In this document: in pieces, positions 39,275-50,492 of the stretch
How the letters are laid out: the number at the start of each line of letters is the position of its first letter
How positions within the stretch are numbered: the first letter of the stretch is position 1
NCBI GenBank assembly: GCA_963743305.1
Contig: CAVUPH010000034.1
Location: 1 to 64,000, forward strand
Reading direction: 5' to 3'
Source: an uncultured delta proteobacterium
GTDB lineage: Bacteria > Desulfobacterota > RBG-13-43-22
Length of the DNA: 64,000 bases
Made by a program: the position numbers and the translations under genes
Notes under the pieces: generated by a model
Database searches by the model: none
Told to the model about the DNA's origin: nothing
Seen by the model: only the letters and a program-made list of their open reading frames with translations

Positions 39275-41538
39275 CTACCGAAGCCCTGACCTCCCTTTTT
39301 CATTTGATATTCGATGTTGGGCGTTCGATGTTCGATGTTCATCTTCTTCAGTGACCCTCCCCTGGCTTAGCCTTTCCCGCAGGGCGGTGTGGCGTTCCTG
39401 GGTCTTGTTGTTACGGATGCCCATGGCCAGGGCCTTCTTGGTGCCGATGAGGACGATTAAGCGTTTGGCCCGGGTAACGGCGGTGTAGATCAGGTTCCGC
39501 TGCAGCAGAATATAATGCTGGGTCATCACCGGTAGGACGACGGCCGGATATTCACTCCCCTGGGATTTGTGAACGGAGATGGCATAGGCCAGGGTTAGTT
39601 CGTCCAGGTCGCTGAAATCATAGGTCACGAACTGGCCTTCAAAATTTACCACGATTTCCTGCTGCTCCTGATCGATCTTGGAGATCCTCCCCAGGTCCCC
39701 GTTAAAGACTTCCCGGTCGTAGTTATTGCGCACCTGCATCACCTTGTCGCCCACCTTATAAAAACGGGGACCCCGCTGCAGTCCGGTCGTTCCGGGATTC
39801 AAGCCCTCCTGCAGTAAGTGATTCAAATTTTCCGCGCCCACAGCCCCCTTGTACATGGGCGTCAGCACCTGAATCTCTCCAAAGGGATCCAGGGCATAAC
39901 GATCCGGAATTTTTTTTCCCACCAGTTCCAGGATCCAGCGGGCCGCCTTTTCCGGGTCCTCCTGGTGAATAAAATAGAATTCTTGATCTTTTTCCCGCCT
40001 TTCCGCCGGAATCAGCGGCAGCTCTCCCTGGTGGATGCGATGGGCATTGGAGACGATCAGACTGCCTTCGGCCTGGCGGAAAATATGGTCCAATTCCACC
40101 ACCGGGATCCGACTGGGATTCGATCAAATCGGCCAGGACCTGACCCGGGCCGACCGAGGGCAACTGGTAAACGTCTCCCACCAGGATCAGCACCGCCTGA
40201 TCTGGTACGGCCTTGAACAGGTGATACATCAGGACCGTATCGATCATCGAGGCTTCATCGACGATGATCAGCTCCGCTTCCAGGGGATGGCTTCTGTCTC
40301 TGGTAAAGCGTTTTTGGCGGGGGCTGTAGCCCAGGGTGCGATGGATGGTGGCGGCCGGGTAGTCTGTAACCTCGGAGAGCCTTTTGGCCGCCCGTCCGGT
40401 GGGGGCCATCAAAATGCTTTTCAGCTCCGATCGCCGGTAGGCCTCCAGGATCGATCGCACCAGAGTGGTTTTCCCGGTTCCCGGCCCTCCGGTGATGATC
40501 AGCAGTTTTTGGGTCAGGGCTTTTTCGAAGGCCTCCTGCTGCCGGCCGGCCAGGTGGAGGCCGAGCGATTGCTCCACCCCCGCCGACTGTCGGATCCGAC
40601 CGCCCGGCAGAGGAAGTTTCTGAGACAAAAACTCGTCGATTCGCCGGGCCAGGCCCTCCTCACAATGACTCAAATAGGGCAAGAAAATGAGCGAGGGCCC
40701 TTCCGGATCCGGCCTTATTTGGAGTTCCTGTCGCTTCAGCAAGATCTTTTAGCGCCCGGTCAACCCGATCCGCTTCGACTTTCAGCAGTTCGGCGGCCTG
40801 TCGAACCAGGTCCTTCTCGGGATAGCCGGTATGGCCTTCTTCCGCCTTCTGCTGTAACAGATAGGCTATCCCGGCTTCCACTCTTTGCGGAGCCTCCCTG
40901 GCCATCCCCAGTTTCTCCGCCAGTCGGTCGGCAGTAATGAATCCGACCCCGAAGAGGTCTCCGGCCAGATCAAAGGGATTTTCCTGGATCCGGGTGATGG
41001 CCTCTCTTCCATAATGTTTGAATATCTTGGAAGCCAGTCCGGTGGTAATCCCATGTCCCTGCAAAAAGATCATGATCTGGCGGACGTCTTTTTGCGCTTC
41101 CCAGGACTTTTTAAGCTGGGTAACCCTTTTGGGCCCAATCCCCCCCACCAGGGACAATTGTCCGGGGTTTTTATCGAGAATCTCCAGGGTCTTGAGACCA
41201 AAGCGCGCGACGATCCGTTTAGCCATCTCCGGTCCAATCCCTTTGATCAAACCGGAACCCAGATACTTCTCAATACCAATCTCCGTGGCCGGGGCCAGAG
41301 ATTCATAGCTTTCCACCCGCACCTGCAGTCCGTACTTGGGGTGGCGTTCATAGACCCCCTGAATTTTTAATCGTTCCCCCAGACCGACGGACATCAGATT
41401 GCCGATTACGGTGACCAGTTCCCGCTGGCCTTTCAACTTCAGCTTGGCAATGGTGAAGTGGCTTTCCTGGTCATTGTAGGTGATCCGTTCCACGTGACCT
41501 TCGAGACTGACGCTGTTTTTTTCGGAGGGCTGGGGCAT
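39275..41538 (-). pseudogene. recD2: RecD2 ATP-dependent helicase, two apparent frameshifts
   Basis: YLGSGLIKGIG, GGPGTGKTT, IVDEASM, GDVYQLPSVG and AYAISVHKSQGSEY spread over three ORFs; breaks near 40742 and 40115. Confidence 0.9.
39302..39342. repeat. TTCGATG heptamer tandem repeats (also 41548-41587, 60337-60412, ~37424)
   Basis: TTCGATG/TTGGGCG/TTGGACG units visible at gene ends. Confidence 0.8.
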
Positions 41539-41624
41539 GATTCCAGATTCGATGTTCGCTGTCGGACGTTCGATGTTCGATGTTCAATTTTTTAGAGTTG
41601 TGTTTCGATTCACTCTACCCAACC

Positions 41625-43718
41625 CTATTTTTCCAACACCATGCGGGCATCCAAGACTTGACCTCCGCTTCCGGCTTCATAAACCATAAGGGGATTGATA
41701 TCGATTTCGGCAATTTGGGGAAAGTCCGTGAGCAGGTCCGAAAGTCTGACTATCGCCTCCACAATCGTCTCGAGGTCGGAATTCTTTTGACCGCGCACGC
41801 CCTGGAGCAATTTTATACCCTTGATTTCCGCGAGCATGGATCGCGCCTCGGTGCGATTGATCGGGGCCACCCGCAGGACCACGTCCCCGATCACTTCCAC
41901 GTAAAGCCCGCCGATACCAAAGGCGATGACCGGTCCGAAGTTGCTGTCCTGTTTGCCGCCGAGGATGATCTCCCGCCCCCGAGGAGACATTTTCTGCAGG
42001 ACCACGGTGAAACCCTCGTGGACGGCCGGCTCTTTCAAGGCCAGGTCTTGGAGTTGATAGTAGGCCTGTTTGAGGTCCTCCGGGCCCTTCAGATTTAAAT
42101 GAACCCCGCCCACATCATACTTATGGGCCACATAGGGGATGGCCAGCTTCAGGGCCAGGGGGTAACCCAGTCGCTCTCCTTGATCCAAGGTCTGTTCCAG
42201 CGAGCGGGCACTGGCCCGGGGAATGACCGGAAAACCGTAGTGATCCAAAACCTCCAGTCCCTCGTAAAGATAAAGGGGACGCCCGGCCTCCTGCGCCCGT
42301 TTCAATAAAACGGCTACGGCTTCCCGGTCGACCGTCCGCTCTCCCGGTTCGGCTTTCAATCCCTGTACTTTTTGTCGGGTGAAACGCAAGGAGAGGTGCA
42401 AGGCCTGGGTCGCCTTTTCGGGGGACAAAAAGATCGGCATGGTATAGTGTTTTTTCAGGTAGGAAATTTCCAGGTCTTCCGCAAAAATACAGACCGCCAC
42501 CGGTTTTTGAAATCGAAGACTCAACTCTTCCGCCTTCTGGATCATCTTCCGGGAATCCTCTTTTTCCTGTTCGGCCCGATACCCATGGATCAGCAGGGCG
42601 CCGTCGATATCCTCTCGCTTCAGGGTCTCCTCCATGATCTGCACATACACGGGCAGATCGAAGAGGTCGCCCAAATCCAAGGGATTGGACAAGGTGATCA
42701 CGCTGGCCCGAAAATGTTTCTCGAATTCCTCCAAAAAAATTCGGGGGAAGGCCGGCAGGTGGAACCCATATTTGGAACAGGCGTCGGCCGCCACCACGGC
42801 GTGGCCTCCGGAGCGGGAAATAACGGCCAAACGATTGCCCCGCAATCGGGGTAAGGTCAATATTTTCAGGGTATTAATGACCTCCTCAAAATCCTGCACC
42901 CGAATAGCCCCGGCTTGTTGGAAGGCGGCGTCCACCACTTTATTATCCGAGAGCATAGCGGCTGTATGGGAAAAGGCGATCCGGGCGCTGCTGGGTCCGG
43001 TATTGGATTTGTGAATGAGCACCGGTTTGGGGGAAGCGCTGATCAATTCCATCAGCCGGCGTCCATCGCTCAACCCCTCCAGGTAAAGGCAAATCACCTC
43101 GGTTCCCGAATCCTGGATCAGGTATTCAAGCAGGTCGTTTTCGTCGACGTTGAGTTTGTTGCCCATACTGACAAACTTGTTGACCCCGATATTCTCACTG
43201 GCCAGGAACCCGAGATAACTCAAGCCTACTCCACCGCTTTGGGCCAAAATGGAAATGTGGCCCAAACGCATTTCTCGGTTTAAATGCATAAAGGGCAGGC
43301 AAAGGCCGTTTTCCATGTTGATGTTGCCAATCCCGTTGGGACCGATAAACCGGAGGTGATGCTTCCGGGCTACTTCCAGAATTTCTCCTTCCAGTCGGGT
43401 CCGTTCCTGGGAAAACTCCCGGAACCCACCGGATTCAATGATCGCGTGGCGAATGCCCTTCCGGCCGCATTGATCGAGGAGATTAGGGACGGTTGGGGCC
43501 GGGGTGAGAATAACGGCCAGATCGATCTCCCCGGGAATCTGGTTGATTTCGGCATAGATTCTTTGGCCAAACAGGACTCCGTCTTTGGTTCCTACTGAAT
43601 AAATTTCCCCGGAGAACTGGAATTCCATCAGATTGTTGACGATGTTTCTGCCCAGGTTGTCCGGTGTGTTGGAAACCCCGATCACGGCCACGCTTTTGGG
43701 GTAGAAGAATGTTTTCAC
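41625..43718 (-). CDS. ADP-forming acetate/acyl-CoA ligase (fused alpha-beta)
   Basis: [26 protein letters not shown] phospho-His, NPLDL and C-terminal ATP-grasp EIDINPL. Confidence 0.92.
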   Translation of the reverse strand: MKTFFYPKSVAVIGVSNTPDNLGRNIVNNLMEFQFSGEIYSVGTKDGVLFGQRIYAEINQIPGEIDLAVILTPAPTVPNLLDQCGRKGIRHAIIESGGFREFSQERTRLEGEILEVARKHHLRFIGPNGIGNINMENGLCLPFMHLNREMRLGHISILAQSGGVGLSYLGFLASENIGVNKFVSMGNKLNVDENDLLEYLIQDSGTEVICLYLEGLSDGRRLMELISASPKPVLIHKSNTGPSSARIAFSHTAAMLSDNKVVDAAFQQAGAIRVQDFEEVINTLKILTLPRLRGNRLAVISRSGGHAVVAADACSKYGFHLPAFPRIFLEEFEKHFRASVITLSNPLDLGDLFDLPVYVQIMEETLKREDIDGALLIHGYRAEQEKEDSRKMIQKAEELSLRFQKPVAVCIFAEDLEISYLKKHYTMPIFLSPEKATQALHLSLRFTRQKVQGLKAEPGERTVDREAVAVLLKRAQEAGRPLYLYEGLEVLDHYGFPVIPRASARSLEQTLDQGERLGYPLALKLAIPYVAHKYDVGGVHLNLKGPEDLKQAYYQLQDLALKEPAVHEGFTVVLQKMSPRGREIILGGKQDSNFGPVIAFGIGGLYVEVIGDVVLRVAPINRTEARSMLAEIKGIKLLQGVRGQKNSDLETIVEAIVRLSDLLTDFPQIAEIDINPLMVYEAGSGGQVLDARMVLEK

Positions 43719-44644
43719 GTTATTCCTTCCGTCAGGGCGGTGCTCAGGTAGCGTTCGCCCGTATCCGGAAAAATCACCACGATCAACCGACCCCGGTTTT
43801 CCGGCCTCCGGGCCACTTCCAGGGCCGCCCAGAGAGCCGCTCCCGAGGATATCCCGCAGACGATCCCTTCCTCCCGGGCCAGGCGGCGAGTGGTTTCCAG
43901 GGCCTCGTCATTGCCGACCGGGATGATTTCATCGATGAGGTTAACGTTTAAGACCTCCGGGATAAAACCGGCCCCGATGCCCTGGATCTTATGGGGGCCG
44001 GGCTTTCCTCCCGATAAAACCGGTGAATCCCGAGGTTCGACGGCAATAGCCCGAAAAGAAGGCTTGCGAGCCTTGAGGACCTCAGCCACCCCGGTAATGG
44101 TACCCCCGGTTCCCACCCCGGCGATCAGGATGTCCACCTGGCCCTCCGTATCGTCCCAAATTTCCCGAGCGGTGGTTAGGCGATGGGCTTCAGGATTATG
44201 GGGGTTTTGAAACTGCTGCGGGATAAAGGAATCCGGATACTCTTGAGCCAATTCCTGGGCCCGCTGAATGGCGCCTCGCATCCCCTCGGCCCCCGGCGTT
44301 AAGACCATTTCCGCACCCATCAGCTTAAACAGCTTGCGCCTCTCGATGCTCATGGTCTCGGGCATGGCCAGGATCAACCGATATCCTCGGGAGGCGCAGA
44401 CGCAAGCCAGTCCGATTCCGGTGTTGCCGGAAGTGGGCTCGATGATCACCGTCCGGGGACCGATCCGATTTTCTTTTTCTCCGGCCTCAATCATAGAGAG
44501 GGCGATCCGTTCCTTGACGCAGCTTAAGGGGTTAAAGGACTCCAGTTTCCCGACCACTTCGGCCAGACATCCGCTGGTTACCCGCCGCAGTTTAACCAGA
44601 GGGGTGTTTCCGATCGTCCGGGTAATGTCTTCAAAAATCCTCAT
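43715..44644 (-). CDS. cysK: Cysteine synthase A
   Basis: [36 protein letters not shown] and ERYLST motifs. Confidence 0.96.
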   Translation of the reverse strand: MRIFEDITRTIGNTPLVKLRRVTSGCLAEVVGKLESFNPLSCVKERIALSMIEAGEKENRIGPRTVIIEPTSGNTGIGLACVCASRGYRLILAMPETMSIERRKLFKLMGAEMVLTPGAEGMRGAIQRAQELAQEYPDSFIPQQFQNPHNPEAHRLTTAREIWDDTEGQVDILIAGVGTGGTITGVAEVLKARKPSFRAIAVEPRDSPVLSGGKPGPHKIQGIGAGFIPEVLNVNLIDEIIPVGNDEALETTRRLAREEGIVCGISSGAALWAALEVARRPENRGRLIVVIFPDTGERYLSTALTEGIT

Positions 44645-44753
44645 TTGATGACTCCTGCTCTTGGGGTGATCATTTCCGGTTTAAGTGGGGGCCCCTTTTT
44701 TCGATAATAATAGTAATGGAGATTGATCCGGCGGTCAAATGGATATTCGTGGC

Positions 44754-44782
44754 TTGACAGAAAAAGAAAAGGGTTTTATTAA
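44754..44782 (+). promoter_or_regulatory. Sigma70-like promoter of the L,D-transpeptidase gene
   Basis: TTGACA-17 nt-TATTAA. Confidence 0.5.
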
Positions 44783-44792
44783 TTTAATTAAG

Positions 44793-45725
44793 ATGACCAA
44801 AACAGGATCGTTTCAAATTTTCAACCAAAGAATCACCTATGGGGGGTTGGTTTTCTTCCTTTTCGCGCTGGGCGCCCCGGGCTTGCCCCGCGCCTATGGG
44901 AATACGGCTTTTTCCTGGTCACAGATCCAGGGGGGGGAGTGGTCCTACCGAACCCGAAACCGCGACTCCCTGTATGCCATCGCCGGTCGTTTAGGGCAGC
45001 GCTGGGAATATCTGGCCCGAACCAACCAACTTCAACCCCCCTTTGCGCTCTCCATTGGCAAGACCCTGCGGGTAAACAACCGTCATATTTTCCCTCAATC
45101 CACCGTTGCCGAAGGGCTGTTGTTGAATCTTCCGGGCCATATGATCTACCTATTCGCTAATGGAAACCTGGTTAAACGGTATCCGGTGGCCATCGGTCGC
45201 CCGGATTGGCCGACTCCCCGCGGCCATTTTACCATTATCGGCAAATTCAAGAATCCCACCTGGACCGTTCCCCAATCCATCCAGGAAGAAATGCAAAAAG
45301 AAGGCAAGCTGGCGGTGGAAAAGGTTCCCCCCGGGCCGGATAACCCTCTAGGAGAGTATTGGTTGCCCCTCTCCGCGGCCGGTTACGGGATCCATTCCAC
45401 CATTTGGCCGGAAAGCATCGGCCACTCGACGTCCCATGGCTGCATCCGGATGCTCCCCGAGGACATTGCCGAGCTGTTTCCCTATGTGAAGTCGGGAATT
45501 CCCATTTCGATTATTTACGAGCCGATTAAATTGGCGCAGACTCCCGATAATAAAATATTTTTGGAAGTCCATCCCAACGTCTACCAACTGCCACTTTCCT
45601 ATTGGGACTATGCCCAGGATCTGGCCCAAAAAAGGGGACTGACCGCTCAGGTGGACTGGGGCCGGGCGGCCAGTGTCCTGGCTGAGCAAACCGGGGTGGC
45701 GGAAGAGATCACTAAAACCAGGTGA
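44793..45725 (+). CDS. L,D-transpeptidase (ErfK/YkuD) with LysM domain
   Basis: YPVAIG..WPTP, PGPDNPLG, YGIHST and SHGCIRM motifs. Confidence 0.93.
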   Translation: MTKTGSFQIFNQRITYGGLVFFLFALGAPGLPRAYGNTAFSWSQIQGGEWSYRTRNRDSLYAIAGRLGQRWEYLARTNQLQPPFALSIGKTLRVNNRHIFPQSTVAEGLLLNLPGHMIYLFANGNLVKRYPVAIGRPDWPTPRGHFTIIGKFKNPTWTVPQSIQEEMQKEGKLAVEKVPPGPDNPLGEYWLPLSAAGYGIHSTIWPESIGHSTSHGCIRMLPEDIAELFPYVKSGIPISIIYEPIKLAQTPDNKIFLEVHPNVYQLPLSYWDYAQDLAQKRGLTAQVDWGRAASVLAEQTGVAEEITKTR

Positions 45726-45751
45726 ATCCCCTGCGAACAAATTCAATAAAT

Positions 45752-45780
45752 AGAACGGGGGGCCTTTGGCCCCCCGTTCT
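45752..45780. terminator. Hairpin terminator between convergent genes
   Basis: AGAACGGGGGGCC-TTT-GGCCCCCCGTTCT. Confidence 0.8.
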
Positions 45781-45829
45781 GCTTGCCGGACCTCGGATAA
45801 CCATCCCGAGATCCTGAATCAGGTTTAAA

Positions 45830-47197
45830 CTACCAGCGCCAGATGAAGTCCGACTGGAATCGCTGGTCCGGATCCCCATTTGGTTTGGACGAAGTCTTGT
45901 TGACCACGTCGGTGATGAAATAGGTAGCCCGGAAGTCCAGGAACTTCAGCAGGCGGTAGGTAAACATGAATTTGTCCCCTTCCCGGTTGGCGAAGTAAAA
46001 GTCGCCGTCGGAAAAGGCCCCCACCACCGCATCGTTCTCGATATAGGAGTGCTGGTAGTAGAACTCCCAGTCCCCGGGTTTTTGCGTTTTGCCGAATCTG
46101 AATCCGGCGTTCCAGGCGGTGTTGTATTTGACTTTATCGGCATTGTTCTTGGAATACTCGCCAAATAGGCGCACAGGGAATTTACCGATTTTAAAATCAA
46201 TGAACCCGATCAGGTCCGTGATCTTGTAATCGAAGGTCAGGACCCCGGCGCTGTTGACGGTGTTTCCGAAGCCCCCGCCGAAGGCCGTGGACCCGATCCG
46301 GGAGCTGCCCAAATCCCGCCAGTCGTAATACGATCCGGCCAGGGTGACTTTAGCCACATCGAAGTCTGATTCGAACCCAAGCTGATAGAGGTACATCATC
46401 GCATCTGCGCTGGTGGATACCTCGTTGACCACAAACTGGCCCAGGTTGGCAAAGGGTTGAAAGGGTTTAAACTTGCTGAACTTATAGCCTTCATAAAAAC
46501 CTTCTACGGCGGTGTCCGGGTCAAAGAACATATCCGTTTGCACCCAGGGGGGTTTGAACTTTCCACCGTAAAACTGCAGCCCTTCCAACCACTTGGGCTG
46601 GTAGCGGGCATAGGCCAGGAGGATAAAATTCGGCTTTTGGTTAAATTCATTGGTGAAAGTGGCGTTGGAAACCGTGGTGTTATTATCCGTGGTTCCGGAC
46701 AATGGCGAGCTGGAACCGAAGGAGGCCACGGCGTTGAACTCATCCGACAGCTTGGCGTCAAAGACCAGGCGTAGACGGAAGCGGAACTGGTCGCGTTTAT
46801 AGGTCGAAGCTTCCCTAAATTTCGAGGTTTTGGGATCCTGGGTGTAAGTCTTCAGTTCCTGCCGGTCTTCCCAGCGCAGCCGCAAATCCCCGCTGAAGGT
46901 AATTCGTTTGGTCCACTCCGGCAACTGAAATTTGCCGGTTTCTTCCTTAACCTCTTTCTTCACCGAGGCCTGAAGTTCTTCTTTCAGGGAATCGGCCTTG
47001 GAGCTATCCAGTTTGTTGTTTAATTGTTGCTGGAGTTTCTGGATTTCGATCTGCTGGTTCTCAATCACCTTTTGCAGTTTATCGATTTTCTCCATGACTT
47101 CCTGGTTGGACTGGGCGGAACCAGTATCAGTGCCGGCCGTCAGCCCTAGAAAAAAAAGGGCGCCAACCCACCCGATCAAAAATTTTCTTAACTGCAT
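45830..47197 (-). CDS. Putative outer-membrane porin with N-terminal coiled coil
   Basis: Signal peptide; FSGDLRLRWE..RFRLRL; amphipathic beta strands; C-terminal Trp. Confidence 0.85.
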   Translation of the reverse strand: MQLRKFLIGWVGALFFLGLTAGTDTGSAQSNQEVMEKIDKLQKVIENQQIEIQKLQQQLNNKLDSSKADSLKEELQASVKKEVKEETGKFQLPEWTKRITFSGDLRLRWEDRQELKTYTQDPKTSKFREASTYKRDQFRFRLRLVFDAKLSDEFNAVASFGSSSPLSGTTDNNTTVSNATFTNEFNQKPNFILLAYARYQPKWLEGLQFYGGKFKPPWVQTDMFFDPDTAVEGFYEGYKFSKFKPFQPFANLGQFVVNEVSTSADAMMYLYQLGFESDFDVAKVTLAGSYYDWRDLGSSRIGSTAFGGGFGNTVNSAGVLTFDYKITDLIGFIDFKIGKFPVRLFGEYSKNNADKVKYNTAWNAGFRFGKTQKPGDWEFYYQHSYIENDAVVGAFSDGDFYFANREGDKFMFTYRLLKFLDFRATYFITDVVNKTSSKPNGDPDQRFQSDFIWRW

Positions 47198-47255
47198 CTC
47201 TTCTCCTTTCAGATAAATAACTGAACCGTTTCTATTGTTGCGCTAACTCAAATTT

Positions 47256-47409
47256 GATGACCTCGCAAAAAGTCAAAAAACGACTTCCTGCTCGGCGGGG
47301 GATGGTTTCCCCTCCCCCGCCATTTGAAGTGAATTCAAATGGTTCCACCCCTACCTCAGCCCGGCGCTTAATCGCGCTCGGGCTGCTGAGGACTTTTTGC
47401 GAGTCCGTC
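47256..47409. mobile_element. MITE with the same TIR family as 28323-28465 and 6-bp TSD (AAATTT)
   Basis: AAATTT-GATGACCTCGCAAAAAGTC...GACTTTTTGCGAGTCCGTC-AAATTT. Confidence 0.85.
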
Positions 47410-47629
47410 AAATTTAACCGGCCACCTTTTTGATCACCCCCTTGCCGGTTGATTAAATCGGCCTGATGATTGAAGCGTGCTATATCAAATTCGAGGCCAA
47501 GAAAAAATTTAGATAACTTATTGATATTATAGGTACGGAGAGTCCTGCGGGAAAAAAGGGGACTGACTTATTAAGATACAGTGTTCCCTAAGATGACACA
47601 GAAATCGCGGTTCGTCTTCCAGGGCGCTA

Positions 47630-47658
47630 TTGACTTCCATCTTCATTCCCCTTAAACT
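47630..47658 (+). promoter_or_regulatory. Sigma70-like promoter of the kor operon
   Basis: TTGACT-17 nt-TAAACT. Confidence 0.55.
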
Positions 47659-47675
47659 TAAGGCTCAGGGCGCCC

Positions 47676-47927
47676 ATGACTGCCATCGAACCCAAACAAA
47701 AAGCTAAGCCCCACCGCGTGAATATTTATAAATCCTGGTGTAAGAATTGCGGGATCTGTACCGCTTTTTGCCCCAAAGGTGCGCTCCAACGAGATGCCGA
47801 GGGTTTCCCCTACGTGGCCGATCCGACGTTGTGTGTCGGCTGCCGGTTATGTGAACTTCGCTGCCCTGATTTTGCCATCGAGGTCCAGGACATTGCCAAC
47901 CCGGACAAAGAAACCCAAACTACCTAA
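47676..47927 (+). CDS. korD: 2-oxoacid:ferredoxin oxidoreductase delta subunit (2x[4Fe-4S])
   Basis: CKNCGICTAFCP and CVGCRLCELRCPDFAI. Confidence 0.9.
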   Translation: MTAIEPKQKAKPHRVNIYKSWCKNCGICTAFCPKGALQRDAEGFPYVADPTLCVGCRLCELRCPDFAIEVQDIANPDKETQTT

Positions 47928-49047
47928 GATAGTCTTCTGGCAGGGAAACCAGGCCATGGTCGAAGGAGCTTTGGCCGCAGGCTGCCGTTTCTTCGCCGGG
48001 TACCCAATCAGCCCGGCCACGGAAATTCTGGAAGGGATGTCCCGGCGGATGCCGGCCCTGGACGGGGTATTCATCCAAATGGAGGACGAAATTGCCGGAT
48101 TGGGGGCGGTGATTGGGGCTTCGCTGGCCGGAGTCAAGGCTATGACCGCCACCAGCGGACCGGGCTTTTCCCTGATCCAGGAAAACTTGGGCTTCGCCTG
48201 TGTGGCCGAAGTGCCCTGCGTGATCATTAATGTCATGCGTGGCGGTCCCAGCACCGGGCTTCCTACCAGCCCGGCCCAGGGGGATGTGCTTCAGGCCCGC
48301 TGGGGGACTCACGGCGATCATCCGATTATTGTCCTTTCGGTCTCCACCACCCTGGACTGTTACCGGGTCACCCATCAAGCCTTCAATTTATCGGAAAAAT
48401 ATCGCACTCCGGTCATTATTCTCTCCGACGAAGTAGTGGCTCATACCCGGGAAACCTTCACTACTCCCCATCCGGAGGAGTTGCCGATCTACGATCGCCT
48501 GAAACCGACGGTGCCCCCGGAATGGTTCGTTCCCTACGAGACCAAAGGACGGTTGGTGCCGGCCATGAGCCCTTTCGGGGAAGGCTACCGTTACCACGTG
48601 ACGGGGTTGATCCACGATGTCCGGGGCTTTCCCACTAACCGGCCCGAAGAGGTGACCGCCTTTCAAAACCGGCTCCAACAGAAAATCAGCGAAAACCTGA
48701 TGGACATCCTGTGGGTGGAAGACTACCGGGTGGAGGATGCCGAGCAAGTGGTGATCGCCTACGGATCGGTGGCCCGCTCCGCCCTTCATGCCGTCCGCCT
48801 GGCTCGCGAGCGGGGCATCAAAGCCGGGCTCCTCAAATTGATCACCTTGTTTCCTTTTCCTCGGGCGGCCTTGGAGCGGATCACCGGCATCGCCCGGGTA
48901 TTGATTGTTCCGGAGATGAACTGGGGTCAAATATCCCGGGAGGTGAAACGAGTGAACCGGGGTCGGTGCCGGGTGTTGACCCTGAATAAATATGACGGGA
49001 CCCTGATCCAGCCCCGGGAAATCCTGCAGAAACTGATCGGCGAATAG
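47893..49047 (+). CDS. korA: 2-oxoacid:ferredoxin oxidoreductase alpha subunit
   Basis: FAGYPISP, QMEDEI, TATSGPG and MRGGPSTGLPT; TTG start inferred. Confidence 0.93.
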   Translation: MPTRTKKPKLPKIVFWQGNQAMVEGALAAGCRFFAGYPISPATEILEGMSRRMPALDGVFIQMEDEIAGLGAVIGASLAGVKAMTATSGPGFSLIQENLGFACVAEVPCVIINVMRGGPSTGLPTSPAQGDVLQARWGTHGDHPIIVLSVSTTLDCYRVTHQAFNLSEKYRTPVIILSDEVVAHTRETFTTPHPEELPIYDRLKPTVPPEWFVPYETKGRLVPAMSPFGEGYRYHVTGLIHDVRGFPTNRPEEVTAFQNRLQQKISENLMDILWVEDYRVEDAEQVVIAYGSVARSALHAVRLARERGIKAGLLKLITLFPFPRAALERITGIARVLIVPEMNWGQISREVKRVNRGRCRVLTLNKYDGTLIQPREILQKLIGE

Positions 49048-49051
49048 AACC

Positions 49052-49882
49052 ATGGCGGAGATCACCAAACTCATTCACCACTACCTGCGTCACGACAAAA
49101 AATTTCCGCATCTCTGGTGCCCGGGTTGCGGAAACGGAATTGTGCTGGGGGCGCTGATCCGGGCCATCGACGATTTGAAATACGCCAAGGATGAGATCGT
49201 GCTGGTCTCCGGGATCGGCTGCTCGGGACGGATGAGCGTCTACGCCGATTTCAATACCTTGCATACCACTCACGGACGGGCGCTGACCTTTGCCACCGGA
49301 ATCAAGCTGGCCAAGCCGGCCCTGAAAGTCATTGTCATCATGGGGGACGGAGACGCCCTGGCTATCGGCGGAAACCATTTCATCCATGCCGCCCGTCGCA
49401 ACATCGATCTGACCGCCCTGATCATCAACAACAGCATCTTCGGCATGACCGGCGGCCAGCATTCTCCGGCCACCCCGTACGGGATGCGAGCCACTACTAC
49501 ATCCCTGCACAATATTGAACCGGCCTTCAATATCTCCGAACTGGCCGTGACCGCCGGGGCGGTTTTCGTGGCCCGGGGAACGGCCTATCATGCCCAACTG
49601 CTGCACCAACTGCTGGAGAAAGGACTGCGAAAAAAAGGGTTTTCCCTGGTGGAGATTATCACCCAGTGCCCGACCTATTACGGCCGGAAAAACCGCCTGG
49701 GGAGCACGGTGGAGATGATGCAATGGCAGCGGGACCAGGCGGTTCCAGTGGAAAAGGCCGGGGAACTCAAACCCGGAGAGCTGATCGATAAATTTACCAT
49801 CGGGGTGCTGGTGGACAAGGAATTACCGAACTTTGTGGATGAGTATGAAAAAGTGAAGGAATACGCCAAGACCGAAAAATGA
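49052..49882 (+). CDS. korB: 2-oxoacid:ferredoxin oxidoreductase beta subunit
   Basis: WCPGCG, SGIGCS, GDGD..AIGGNH and NN..FGMTGGQ (TPP-binding). Confidence 0.95.
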   Translation: MAEITKLIHHYLRHDKKFPHLWCPGCGNGIVLGALIRAIDDLKYAKDEIVLVSGIGCSGRMSVYADFNTLHTTHGRALTFATGIKLAKPALKVIVIMGDGDALAIGGNHFIHAARRNIDLTALIINNSIFGMTGGQHSPATPYGMRATTTSLHNIEPAFNISELAVTAGAVFVARGTAYHAQLLHQLLEKGLRKKGFSLVEIITQCPTYYGRKNRLGSTVEMMQWQRDQAVPVEKAGELKPGELIDKFTIGVLVDKELPNFVDEYEKVKEYAKTEK

Positions 49883-49922
49883 CTGAGGCTGGGGTTGTTT
49901 TTGCATTAAGGTGAGGGGGGCG

Positions 49923-50492
49923 ATGTTCTCGAGATATGAAATTCGTTTAAGCGGTACCGGCGGCCAGGGAATGATCCTGGCCGGAATGATCCTGGCCGAG
50001 GCGATCGCCTTCGGGGAGAAGAAGCAGGTGGTCCAGTCGCAGAATTACGGTCCGGAGGCCCGGGGCACCAACAGCCGTTCCGATATCATCATCAGCGACC
50101 AGGAAATCGATTACCCCAAAGCGCTGCGCCTCGATACCCTGCTGGCCCTGAATCAGGCGGCCTTGGATGAGAATTTCCCGGCCCTCAAGTCGAACGGACT
50201 GCTCCTGGTTGACTCGGAACTGGTGAAGGAAGTGCCCCCGGTCCCCCATGTGGCCCTTCCCCTGGCCCGACTGTCCACGGAGAGCACCGGACATCCGCAA
50301 TCGGCCAATATGGTGGCTTTGGGGGCCTTGTCCGCTTTAACCGGGCAGGTATCCCTGCGCTCACTGGCCGCTGCCTTAGCCCGCTATTTTAAGGAGGACG
50401 GTTTGGAGAAAAATATTAGGGCGCTTAAGAGCGGGGCCCGGTACGGGAAGGAACGTTTCTCTGCGGATTCTTCGCCGATCGCTGTTGTTTAA
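49923..50492 (+). CDS. korC: 2-oxoacid:ferredoxin oxidoreductase gamma subunit
   Basis: GTGGQG, QNYGPEARG and ANMVALG motifs. Confidence 0.93.
   Translation: MFSRYEIRLSGTGGQGMILAGMILAEAIAFGEKKQVVQSQNYGPEARGTNSRSDIIISDQEIDYPKALRLDTLLALNQAALDENFPALKSNGLLLVDSELVKEVPPVPHVALPLARLSTESTGHPQSANMVALGALSALTGQVSLRSLAAALARYFKEDGLEKNIRALKSGARYGKERFSADSSPIAVV

Noticed and set aside
39302-41587. Short repeats as a CRISPR array
   Set aside because: Units are 7 bp with no regular spacers, and no cas genes are present.
50425-50492. 68-bp convergent overlap of korC and the DUF169 gene
   Set aside because: Involves only low-information tails; could be stop drift or an indel, with no functional evidence.
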